Shown here: positions 1 through 10,122 of the stretch, one piece after another
Layout of the letters: every line of letters starts with the position of its first letter
Numbering within the stretch: position 1 is the stretch's first letter
From: an uncultured Gemmatimonadales bacterium
GTDB lineage: Bacteria; Gemmatimonadota; Gemmatimonadetes; Gemmatimonadales; Gemmatimonadaceae
DNA length: 64,000 nucleotides
Assembly (NCBI GenBank): GCA_963850905.1
Contig: CAWKMU010000003.1
Span: forward strand, 2,464,001 to 2,528,000
Reading direction: 5' to 3'
Program-made: the position numbers and the translations under genes
Notes under the pieces: generated by a model
Told to the model about the DNA's origin: nothing
Database searches by the model: none
What the model saw: only the letters and a program-made list of their open reading frames with translations

Positions 1-906
1 ATCATCAAGGCTGCCGCTGGCGGCGGCGGCAAGGGGATGCGGGTTGCGCGTGACGCGGACGACTTTGGCCGCGCGTTCCAGCTCGCGCGATCGGAGGCGC
101 TGTCCGCGTTCGGCAATGGCGATGTGTACGTGGAGAAATACCTCGCTCGCCCGCGGCACGTCGAGTTCCAGGTGCTGGGCGACACCCATGGCCACGTGAT
201 TCATTTGGGTGAGCGCGACTGCTCGGTGCAGCGCCGGCACCAGAAGCTCATCGAGGAGTCCCCGAGTCCGGCGGTCACCGAAGAGTTGCGCGCGCGGATG
301 GGGGAGGCCGCCGTCCGTGGCGCTGCCTCGATCGGATACGTCGGGGCGGGGACCGTCGAGATGCTGCTCGATACCGACGGCTCGTACTATTTCATGGAAA
401 TGAACACCCGGATCCAGGTTGAGCACCCCGTGACCGAGATGCTGACTGGGGTGGATCTGGTGAAGGAGCAGATCCAGGTGGCCGCGGGCGAGCCGCTCTC
501 GGTCCGTACGATGCCACCCACTCGGGGGCACGTGATCGAATGTCGTATCAACGCGGAAGATCCGGCCCGAAACTTTCAGCCATCGCCCGGGAAGATCGCC
601 GTGTTCCACCCGCCTGGCGGCCCGGGTGTGCGGCTCGATACCCATGCCTACGCGGGATATACGATACCGCCGTACTATGACTCGTTGCTCGCCAAGCTGA
701 TTTGCGAGGGACGCACGCGGCCCGAAGCGCTCCGGCGGATGCAGATCGCGCTCGAGAGTTTCATCATCGAGGGTGTGGCCACGACCATTCCGTTCCTCGC
801 TCGGGTGATGACCAATCCGCGGTTCGTGGCGGGCGATGTCGATACCAAATTCCTCGAGCGCGAGCCGGACCTGTTCAAGGACCCGCCGGCGGGCGGCCAG
901 GGCTGA
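1..906 (+). CDS. accC: Acetyl-CoA carboxylase biotin carboxylase subunit (5'-partial)
   Basis: Frame is open from base 1 ([14 protein letters not shown]). Contains [37 protein letters not shown] and [10 protein letters not shown] motifs. Confidence 0.97.
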   Translation: MIKAAAGGGGKGMRVARDADDFGRAFQLARSEALSAFGNGDVYVEKYLARPRHVEFQVLGDTHGHVIHLGERDCSVQRRHQKLIEESPSPAVTEELRARMGEAAVRGAASIGYVGAGTVEMLLDTDGSYYFMEMNTRIQVEHPVTEMLTGVDLVKEQIQVAAGEPLSVRTMPPTRGHVIECRINAEDPARNFQPSPGKIAVFHPPGGPGVRLDTHAYAGYTIPPYYDSLLAKLICEGRTRPEALRRMQIALESFIIEGVATTIPFLARVMTNPRFVAGDVDTKFLEREPDLFKDPPAGGQG

Positions 907-937
907 CGCGGGCGACCTACAAACGGGGAGGATCGGA

Positions 938-1684
938 TTGCGCACGGATGTAGTGCTCGGAGTCCCGGCGGCATCGACCGCCGAGTTCGCGGGGCGGGTG
1001 GTGGCGGTCATCGATGTGCTTCGCGCCTCCACGTCGATTGCCGTCGCGCTCGCGAACGGCGCCAAGACGGTGATCCCGTTCGACAGCGCGGACGAGGCGG
1101 TCCTCCGGTCCAAGAGCTTCGAGCGACCGCTGGTCCGGCTGGCGGGTGAACGCCGGATGCGCCCCATCCCCGGCTTCGACTTGGGGAACTCGCCGCGGGA
1201 CTTCACGCGCGAAGCGGTGGAAGGCAAAACCGTTCTGTTTACGACCACGAATGGCACCGCGGCGCTCCTCGCTGTGCAGAACGCCCGCGACGTGGTCGTG
1301 GCCTCGTACGTGAACTTCACGGCTGTCGTGGCGCTGCTGCGATCGGCACTGCGCGGCGGAACTGACGTCGCGATCCTCTGTGCGGGGCGCGAGCGACAGT
1401 TCTCGCTCGAGGATGCCGCGTGCGCCGGCCGGTATGTCCGGTACATGACGATCCAGCTGCCGGGCGTCGCGCTGAACGATGCGGCGCGGGCGACAGCGAT
1501 CATCGAGCAGGGATACGGCGACGACGTGGGGCGGGTGTTCGCCGAGTCGGAGCACGGTCGCGCGCTTGCCGGGGCAGGCTACGCCGGCGATCTCGAATTC
1601 TGTGCCGCGATCGACTCGTACCCGGTGGTGCCGGTGTATCAGGAGCGTCAGATTACCAAGCTGGGACCAGAGCGGGAGCGTTGA
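938..1684 (+). CDS. comB: 2-phosphosulfolactate phosphatase (ComB family)
   Basis: Motifs VIDVLRASTSI, GER..GFDLGNSP, TTTNGT and FSLEDAACAG. The TTG start at 938, after GGAGG, is inferred. Confidence 0.9.
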   Translation: MRTDVVLGVPAASTAEFAGRVVAVIDVLRASTSIAVALANGAKTVIPFDSADEAVLRSKSFERPLVRLAGERRMRPIPGFDLGNSPRDFTREAVEGKTVLFTTTNGTAALLAVQNARDVVVASYVNFTAVVALLRSALRGGTDVAILCAGRERQFSLEDAACAGRYVRYMTIQLPGVALNDAARATAIIEQGYGDDVGRVFAESEHGRALAGAGYAGDLEFCAAIDSYPVVPVYQERQITKLGPERER

Positions 1685-1695
1685 GGGTGGGAGCG

Positions 1696-4029
1696 ATGGA
1701 CTCGAACGCCGCGCTGTCTCCGCAGGTCAAACGCGAGCTTGCCGGATCGGCGCTGTTGTTGTTCGCGGTGTTTCTGGTTGGCGCGCTCGTGAGCGGCAGC
1801 CACGACGCCGCGACGGGGTGTGCCACGGCCGGAGGATTCTTCGGCCCTGTTGGCTCCTGCTTGCGCGCGGCGCTCACCTTCACGCTCGGTGTGCCAGCGG
1901 CGTTTCTCGCGGCAGCCGTGCCGGCCGTCCATGCGCTCCGCCTGTTTGGGCGGATGCAGGCCGCGGCTGACCGCTCGTGGCTCGTGTTCCTGATTGGTCT
2001 CGTGGTGCTCTTTCCCGTTGGGGCGGCGTTGGCGACCGGTGCGCACCGCGAGATCGGGACCCTGAGCGGCATGTGGGGCAGCGTGGCGGCGTTCTATATG
2101 GTGGCCGCGTTTGGCGCTGTCGGCGCGTGGATCGTGTTTGTCCTTGGGGCGAGTGCATTGACCGCCGCGACGCTGGCGTGGAATCCCTTGCGGCTGATTG
2201 TTGGCCCGGGACGTCGCCGGTCGCTGGCCGTGGCAGGCGCGCAGGCGAACGTCCGGGGCGCAGGCGCGTCGGTGGAGGAGGCCGAGTGGGAGTTTGCCCC
2301 GGAGGCGCTGGCGCCGCCCCCGGACGAGATGCCGGGGATCGATGCGCCTGACCCGGCAGCGGTCGCGCCTGCCGACGCGCGGCGACGGCGGCGTCTGGCG
2401 GCCAAATCCGATGGGGTCAAAGAGGTGAACGTAAAGGTCCCGGATGGCGCGCTGGTGGCCGAGGCCAGCGCCGCCGTGCTGCTCCCACCCATCGATCTGC
2501 TGACGCCGCCGCCGGTGCGCAACCTGGACGTGGGCCGCCGCGAGCTCGATGCGATGGGCACGAAGCTGCTCGATGCGCTGCGCACATTCCGGGTCGAAGG
2601 CGAGCTCGTGGGCCGGACGACAGGGCCCGTGGTGACGCAGTTCGAGATCGTCCCGGCGGCCGGTGTGAAGGTGCGGCAGATCGCGACGCTGGCGAATGAT
2701 CTGGCGCTCGCGATGCGAGCGCCGAGCATTCGCATCGTCGCGCCGATCCCGGGGAAGGGAGCCGTGGGGGTCGAGGTGCCGAACCCCTCGGCCGAAGTCG
2801 TCGCCTTCCGGGAGCTCGTGGAGTCACGGGAATTTCAGGGGGCGCGTGCGGCGCTGCCGATTGGGCTTGGCAAGGATCTCGAGGGTCGGTCCGTCGTTGC
2901 CGATCTCGCCAAGATGCCGCACCTGCTCATTGCCGGTGCGACCGGGTCCGGGAAGTCCGTGTGTATCAATACGCTGATTACCAGCTTGATCTATCGGCAT
3001 ACGCCGGAGACCCTGCGGTTCCTGATGGTCGACCCGAAGATGGTCGAGCTGTCGGTGTACAACGCGCTCCCGCATCTCCGCCACAAAGTGATTACGGACA
3101 ATCGGGACGCGGCGTCGGTGCTCAAGTGGGCACTGATGGAGATGCAGGAGCGCTATGAGCTGCTCGCGGCCAACGGGTGCCGCAACATGCAGGAGTTCAA
3201 CCAGCGCCTGCGCGATGGCGCCACGCTGCTGACGCCGCAGAAGCCGGACGTCGCGTTCGAGGAGCGGACGTATCGGCGCGGCACGCTGCCGTACATCGTG
3301 CTCGTGATCGATGAGCTGGCCGATCTCATGATGACGGTGCAGGGGGAGATCGAGACGCCGCTGGCGTTGCTCGCGCAGAAAGCGCGCGCGATCGGGATCC
3401 ATCTGATCCTGGCGACGCAGCGTCCGAGCGTGAACGTCATCACCGGATTGATCAAGGCGAACTTCCCCAGCCGGATCGCCTTCCGTGTAGCGTCGCAGGT
3501 CGACAGCCGGACCATTCTGGACGGGATTGGAGCCGAAGCGCTGCTGGGGAACGGCGACATGCTGTTCATACCGCCGGGGAAGTCGGAGCCCGCGCGCTTG
3601 CAGGGCGCGTTCATTACCGGTGATGAGACCGAGCGGCTCATCGGATGGTACGATGCACAGCGTGAGCTGCGTCGCCGCGCGCGCGGGCTGGATGTCGCGG
3701 CGCCGGACGGCCCGGTCGAGGACGATGTGCTCGAGGCCGTGCGCCGCTATGAGGCGGAGCACGCGAATGGCGAGGCCGGTGACGGCGACTCGGCACGTCC
3801 GGGCGAGCGGGACCTCCTGTTTCGCGAGGCGGCGGAGGTCGTCATTCACCATCAGCAAGGATCAACCTCGCTTCTTCAGCGGCGGCTCAAGGTCGGCTAC
3901 GGCCGCGCCGCGCGTATCATCGATCAACTGCAGGCGGCCGGTGTCCTCGGGCCGCAGGATGGCTCGAAGCCACGCGACGTGATGGTGGGACTGGAGGACT
4001 TGCCACGAATCTGTGGCCGGGGCTCGTGA
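1696..4029 (+). CDS. ftsK: DNA translocase FtsK
   Basis: N-terminal TM segments, PHLLIAGATGSGKS Walker A, IDELADLMM, ATQRPSV and gamma domain (STSLLQRRLKVGYGRAARIID). ATG 1696 follows GGAG. Confidence 0.97.
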   Translation: MDSNAALSPQVKRELAGSALLLFAVFLVGALVSGSHDAATGCATAGGFFGPVGSCLRAALTFTLGVPAAFLAAAVPAVHALRLFGRMQAAADRSWLVFLIGLVVLFPVGAALATGAHREIGTLSGMWGSVAAFYMVAAFGAVGAWIVFVLGASALTAATLAWNPLRLIVGPGRRRSLAVAGAQANVRGAGASVEEAEWEFAPEALAPPPDEMPGIDAPDPAAVAPADARRRRRLAAKSDGVKEVNVKVPDGALVAEASAAVLLPPIDLLTPPPVRNLDVGRRELDAMGTKLLDALRTFRVEGELVGRTTGPVVTQFEIVPAAGVKVRQIATLANDLALAMRAPSIRIVAPIPGKGAVGVEVPNPSAEVVAFRELVESREFQGARAALPIGLGKDLEGRSVVADLAKMPHLLIAGATGSGKSVCINTLITSLIYRHTPETLRFLMVDPKMVELSVYNALPHLRHKVITDNRDAASVLKWALMEMQERYELLAANGCRNMQEFNQRLRDGATLLTPQKPDVAFEERTYRRGTLPYIVLVIDELADLMMTVQGEIETPLALLAQKARAIGIHLILATQRPSVNVITGLIKANFPSRIAFRVASQVDSRTILDGIGAEALLGNGDMLFIPPGKSEPARLQGAFITGDETERLIGWYDAQRELRRRARGLDVAAPDGPVEDDVLEAVRRYEAEHANGEAGDGDSARPGERDLLFREAAEVVIHHQQGSTSLLQRRLKVGYGRAARIIDQLQAAGVLGPQDGSKPRDVMVGLEDLPRICGRGS

Positions 4030-4950
4030 CAGGCGCTCCCGCGTCCGTCGTGCGCCGCCTGGGCCGGATCGTGCCGGTCGGCGCGCGCATCCAGCTACAG
4101 CAGCTGTGGTGTCGGGCTGAGGCTCTGCGCGCACGTCGGCGCTGGCATGAGGCGACGGCAACCGGACCCCTCGACGCTGGTCTACTGCCCGTCTTCGCGG
4201 AGCGCTACCCCGTGAGGCCGTCGACGTACAATTACGCGCCGGACGATCTGCTCGCGCGGGGTCTCGAGCGATATGCGCAACTGGCACCGGACCTGGGGGC
4301 CAAGTCGTCGACACTGGAGATCGGGTCGGCCGATGGTATGACTGCCGCCACGCTCGCGCAGCACGGCCATGAGGCAACCGCGATCGATATCGACATCAGC
4401 CGGACCGACCCGCGCGTGCGCGCGGCCGGGGTACGCGTCATCGAGATGGACGCGACGCGGCTCGACTTCCCAGATGCCAGCTTCGACTTGGTGTACAGTT
4501 TCAATGTGTTCGAGCATTTGCCAGACCCGGCGGCCACGTTCGGCGAGATCACCCGCGTCCTGAAGCCTGGTGGCGCTGCCGTTATCAGCTTCACGGGACT
4601 TCGGTGGTCGCCGCACGGCGCGCACCTGTACAAGGCAATCGGAGTGCCGTACGTGACGGTGCTATTCGATGAGCGGGATGTGACGACGTACTTGCGGTCG
4701 AAGGGTCACGCTGTGTCTGCGCCGTGGGTGAACGACTACTCGATCGAGCAATTCCGGACCATGTTCGGTGCCCACGCCGGCAGCTATAGCCAGTGGCGGT
4801 ATGTTGAGATTCGCAATCAGATGGCACGCGCGGCTGATTGCGGAGGAGGCAGGCGCATTTAAGGCACGCGCCCCGTCTTTTGACTCGCTGTTGGCTGAAT
4901 CCGTGCGTGTGTGCGGCCGGAAGCGAGGCGATGTCGGACCGCGGCGCTGA
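4026..4950 (+). CDS. Class I SAM-dependent methyltransferase (one probable indel near 4820)
   Basis: Motifs LEIGSADG, DATRLDFPDASFDLVYS, VFEHL and RVLKPGG. The C-terminus plausibly continues in the 4768..4950 frame. Confidence 0.8.
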
Positions 4951-6592
4951 TCCCAGGACGCCCTACGGACGGAGTGCGGGCCGCTGGCCCAGTTTCGATA
5001 GGGTCGCGATAGCCATTGCGGCCGCTGCGGCCGCCGCGACTGTTGCGGTGATCGGGTGGGGCACGCGGCCCGTCGGTCCCGGCCTCTATGGTGACGGTGC
5101 GGCCTACCTCAGTGCAGCGGAATCCATCGTTCGATCCGGTCACCTGTCGGTGATTGGCGCGCCATACTGGAGCAACGACTCCTTGATGCCAATGCGGCAG
5201 TGGCCGCCTGGTTTCTCGATTGCCATAGCTGCACCGCTTCGAGCCGGCTTCAGTCTCATGACTGCAGCTGTATTCGTCCAGATGGTTGCGGCAGCAGTGA
5301 TCGCAGTGCTAACGGCGCTAATGGTCGCTCGGCTCTTGAGCCCCGGCTGGGCCGCCCTTACGGCACTGGCCATCCTCGTGACGCCTGCGGTTCTGCGAAC
5401 AGAGATGAACATCGTAAGTGAGCCTCTCTATACTGCGTGCCTCGCGACTCTATTGGCCCTCATGACTTGGCGTCCCACGCGCCCGCTCCTGTCAGGCCTC
5501 CTCGCGGCCGCGATGGTGATGATTCGATACTTGGGAATCGCCGCTGTAGCGGGTGCCGGACTGTGGGCCTTGATTCAACCTGCTCGTCCGGGCCAGAGAA
5601 TCCGCCGAGCCCTGACGGCTTTCGTGCCTGGTGTGGCGGCCTACGAGGCCTGGTCGCTGGTCGTCCGGCACTCGGGTGGAACCATCGGCTCGGGTGTGCT
5701 CGACCGTCAGGTTGGCCCGATCGTCCGTGCATTCGTTGGCTCCGTCGGGAGTTGGCTCGCGCCATGGGCCAATGGCGTGTCATCGCTGCACGTCGGGGCG
5801 AAGGTGTGTATCCTTGCACTGGCTGCCGCTTCGCTGCTCCTAGCGCACAGATCACGCGCGCACGATGAGGCACGCCGTTTGGCCGACGCGGACGACGCCT
5901 CCCTCCGCACGACACGCGCCCGGTTCATGAAGGCCGCTTCGGTGCTTGCGCTGTGCCATCTCGCGGTATTGCTGGTGGCCAGGGTCCTGACTTCGAGCGT
6001 GGAGTTCAGCGCGCGGACGTTCGCCCCGGTGTACTACCTCTTCACTCTCATGGGCGTCGTCGCGGTAGGAATCGCTTGGTCTGCAAGGGGGCGGGTGCGC
6101 GGCCTCGCTGTTGCGGCAGCCACCGTTTGGCTCGTGGGTGGAATCGCGGCCACCAGGCAGGTATGGCACGAGGCGCGAATAGTCGGGCTGGACCACGCCC
6201 GCACTGAGGAGCGCTCGTCAGCTACGATTGCGTGGCTGGCCGCACACGCCAATGGCATGCCGATCTACACAAACGAGCCAGCGAAGATCTACTTCCACCT
6301 ACGCCGGGCCGCGCGGAGTCTTCCATGGATTGTCACGGCTGACACGCTTCGGCACCTCCGTGAGGTGCTGAGTCAGCGCCCCGGCTACGTCGTGTGGTTC
6401 GCTGGCGGCCTACCATCGGCGTACGTGCCCCGGCCGCTACTCGCGAACGCTATCTCCCTCGACAAGCTAAGACTTGGCGCTCGGCTCAGTGACGTGATCC
6501 ACCTCGACGACGGCGATATCATGGTCCGAGACACCGCCGTCTCAAAGGTTGCATCATGCTGCCTGATCCAGACGGCGGGCTCACCGCCGTAG
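4931..6592 (+). CDS. Polytopic membrane protein, GT-C (ArnT/PMT-like) glycosyltransferase-like
   Basis: Many hydrophobic helices. DGAAYLSAA, WPPGFS and SEPLY segments are typical of GT-C-like proteins. Soluble C-terminal tail. Confidence 0.6.
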   Translation: MSDRGADPRTPYGRSAGRWPSFDRVAIAIAAAAAAATVAVIGWGTRPVGPGLYGDGAAYLSAAESIVRSGHLSVIGAPYWSNDSLMPMRQWPPGFSIAIAAPLRAGFSLMTAAVFVQMVAAAVIAVLTALMVARLLSPGWAALTALAILVTPAVLRTEMNIVSEPLYTACLATLLALMTWRPTRPLLSGLLAAAMVMIRYLGIAAVAGAGLWALIQPARPGQRIRRALTAFVPGVAAYEAWSLVVRHSGGTIGSGVLDRQVGPIVRAFVGSVGSWLAPWANGVSSLHVGAKVCILALAAASLLLAHRSRAHDEARRLADADDASLRTTRARFMKAASVLALCHLAVLLVARVLTSSVEFSARTFAPVYYLFTLMGVVAVGIAWSARGRVRGLAVAAATVWLVGGIAATRQVWHEARIVGLDHARTEERSSATIAWLAAHANGMPIYTNEPAKIYFHLRRAARSLPWIVTADTLRHLREVLSQRPGYVVWFAGGLPSAYVPRPLLANAISLDKLRLGARLSDVIHLDDGDIMVRDTAVSKVASCCLIQTAGSPP

Positions 6593-7621
6593 TGAAATCC
6601 CGGCACGCTCCGAGAGGGCTGAGATCTCGTCTGCTGGTCGTGAGGTGAGCAGGAAATTCCAATACCCCAGGGTGTGGACCGCAGCCAGATCCGCGGTCAC
6701 TCGGACTGGCGCGAGCGAACCCGGACCTATGTAGTAGGCGTACAGCCCACAGCTATTGACACGCTCGATCACTCGCTCGTGCTCGATCGCGTGTCCGAGA
6801 AATTCCATGATAATGTCGGGACGGCGGCCGCGACTACGGAGTGTGCGTTCCATGCCGTCGAGCGCCGACCGCTCAAAGCCCTCGACGTCGATCTTCAGTA
6901 CGGTGCGGTCCGGCGACACGCCCGAGTCGGCCAACAGATCATCGATCGGCACCATGGAGATCGGTACGGTTTCGTGTTCACGTCCGGCAACTCGACCAAT
7001 TTCCAATGTGTGCTCGGTATCGGCATCGGGAAGGATGTACATCACCGACTGGCCGCGCGCAGCGCCGGCTGCCTGTCGCGAGATTGAGACTCTCGACTCC
7101 CAGCCGTTCCGTCGCACGTTCTCGACGATCAGGTCCGCGAGCGACGGTACCGGCTCGAGGCTAATGACACGTGCGCGCGGTAGGCTCGCCGCCACCAGAT
7201 AGGTAAAGAAGCCGACATTCGCGCCGACGTCGACGACGAGCGCGGCGTTTCGTGCTAGCTCGATCAGGAGGGCGGCCGTGGTCGCGTCGGCCGTGCCGAT
7301 TCCCGGACACAAGAGCAACTCCACGCACCCCGAGTACGCTAGGTCGAGGCGCAGGGAAGCACGGTTGCCACCGCCGAATGTGCGAGTGACGTTCACAACC
7401 GTTCTGGGACGGGTTGCCGTTGTCCGCGCGACGGCACTCGCGCCAATGTGCTGCGCCACCAATCGGTGTCGAGACAAGAACCCGATCAACCTGACCATGG
7501 GGCCGGCCACGGGGCCATTGCCAATCGCGCCGAGCAGATAACCTGCGCTGCGTCGCAACGGGCTGGATCCAGCTGCTACCGGCGACAGGTCACGCGGTCG
7601 TGCCGAGCAATCAGGGTTCAT
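6581..7621 (-). CDS. FkbM family methyltransferase
   Basis: Motifs VVDVGANVGFFT, SLEP and LKIDVEGFE..L.G. Start is uncertain. Confidence 0.85.
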   Translation of the reverse strand: MNPDCSARPRDLSPVAAGSSPLRRSAGYLLGAIGNGPVAGPMVRLIGFLSRHRLVAQHIGASAVARTTATRPRTVVNVTRTFGGGNRASLRLDLAYSGCVELLLCPGIGTADATTAALLIELARNAALVVDVGANVGFFTYLVAASLPRARVISLEPVPSLADLIVENVRRNGWESRVSISRQAAGAARGQSVMYILPDADTEHTLEIGRVAGREHETVPISMVPIDDLLADSGVSPDRTVLKIDVEGFERSALDGMERTLRSRGRRPDIIMEFLGHAIEHERVIERVNSCGLYAYYIGPGSLAPVRVTADLAAVHTLGYWNFLLTSRPADEISALSERAGISLRR

Positions 7622-7705
7622 GCGAACGCGGACTCCGAGACGAAGCCTTTCGAAGGTGCTCGACGAAAATGACGGCTCGGCGACGCCAGGGGCAAACAAT
7701 GACTC

Positions 7706-8077
7706 GTGAGAACACGCCCGCAGCAACTCGGTGTCCTGGGCGAGTCACTGGCCGAGCGATGGATGGCCAAGCGCGGCTGGCGAGTCGTTGCCCGCCGGTT
7801 TCGGGTCGGCCATCGTGATATCGATCTCATTGTTCAGCGCGAGGAGACTGTGGCATTCGTCGAGGTCAAAACGCGTCGCCGAGCCTACTTCGGGGGGCCG
7901 ATCAGCGCGGTGAGCGTCCGGAAACGGCGGCACCTGTCCCACGCCGCTACGATCTGGATCGATCGATACGGGCAGCCCGGCCTGGAGTACCGGTTCGACG
8001 TGATTGGCGTGCTGGTAGGTGGGGGGCTAGTCCGGATCCTCCACGCGGAAAACGCGTTCGCGGCGTGTGCTCGCTGA
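7706..8077 (+). CDS. yraN: YraN (UPF0102) family protein
   Basis: Motifs [20 protein letters not shown] and YRFDVIGV. Confidence 0.92.
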   Translation: MRTRPQQLGVLGESLAERWMAKRGWRVVARRFRVGHRDIDLIVQREETVAFVEVKTRRRAYFGGPISAVSVRKRRHLSHAATIWIDRYGQPGLEYRFDVIGVLVGGGLVRILHAENAFAACAR

Positions 8078-8201
8078 CGCCTGGGTGACGTGGCCACCCC
8101 AACCTGTCCAGACTGAGCCGCGGTCCGCTCGGACGGGACGAGCACCGCAAGGCGAGCTGATCAGTAATGTTGGAACCCGCGCACCGAGAAGAACTCGTGC
8201 G

Positions 8202-8230
8202 TTGATTTCGGACCGGCGCTTTCGTATTTT
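8202..8230 (+). promoter_or_regulatory. Putative sigma70 promoter of recA
   Basis: TTGATT (8202-8207), 17-nt spacer, TATTTT (8225-8230), in an AT-rich patch 40 nt upstream of the recA ATG. Confidence 0.55.
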
Positions 8231-8270
8231 GTTCGGGCCATATATTTCACGCTCACTCGAGGGCCCTTTC

Positions 8271-9329
<1,059 letters not shown>

Positions 9330-9476
9330 GGCGCGCCACCCGATGCGTCGCCGGTTAGGTCGAGGCCGGATGGGAGCTATGCGTATTGGGCGGGGCCCGG
9401 ATTCCCCGTCTTGCATGCACAGCGACTGTCCGGCCTCTCCTCGTGTCGACACGCGGTGGATGAGGGGGACACCATC

Positions 9477-10010
9477 GTGACGGAACGGTCAGGACCACGA
9501 GACGTGTCGAGACGGCGGACAGCCGCTCCCAGTGCTCCGAAACGCCCAGTCGACACGTACGAAGACGCGCTGCGGATGCTCGAACGGTGCGCCCGCACCA
9601 CGGCTGAGCTCAGACAACGGCTCGCGCGGCGTCGGCACCCCGCGCCCGCAATAGAGGCGGCCATCCGTCGGCTCGTCGATGTCGGCCTGCTGAACGACGA
9701 CGCGTACGGCCGCCAATTCGCGCGAACTCGACTGGCGGCGGGGCGCACGGCACCCGCGCGAGTAGAACGCGAGCTGGTGCGACGAGGCATCGATCGCCAG
9801 ACCGCGGCGGCTGCGCTGCAGGAGGTTCTGTCGGAGGATGCCGTCGACGTCGTGACGATCCTCGACGACACCGTACGTCGACGGGCGGCCGCGCTGGCCA
9901 CGCTCGACGCCCGCACGCGCCGGCGCCGACTCTATGCCTACTTGGCGCGCCGAGGGTTCGACCCCGACGAGATCCGGCGCGCCCTGGAACGGCTCGCAGG
10001 GGCGGAATAG
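9477..10010 (+). CDS. recX: Regulatory protein RecX
   Basis: Lies downstream of recA. Motifs [23 protein letters not shown] and YL.RRGF. The GTG start after GAGGGG is inferred. Confidence 0.9.
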   Translation: MTERSGPRDVSRRRTAAPSAPKRPVDTYEDALRMLERCARTTAELRQRLARRRHPAPAIEAAIRRLVDVGLLNDDAYGRQFARTRLAAGRTAPARVERELVRRGIDRQTAAAALQEVLSEDAVDVVTILDDTVRRRAAALATLDARTRRRRLYAYLARRGFDPDEIRRALERLAGAE

Positions 10011-10122
10011 TGCACACCGGCGTCATCCCGCTCCCGACTCCAATGCCGGCGGCAGGGGGACGGTCGTCGCAGTTTGCTCCGGAACCCGAAACCCGGACCC
10101 CGGTCCCTTTTATATTCGACGC

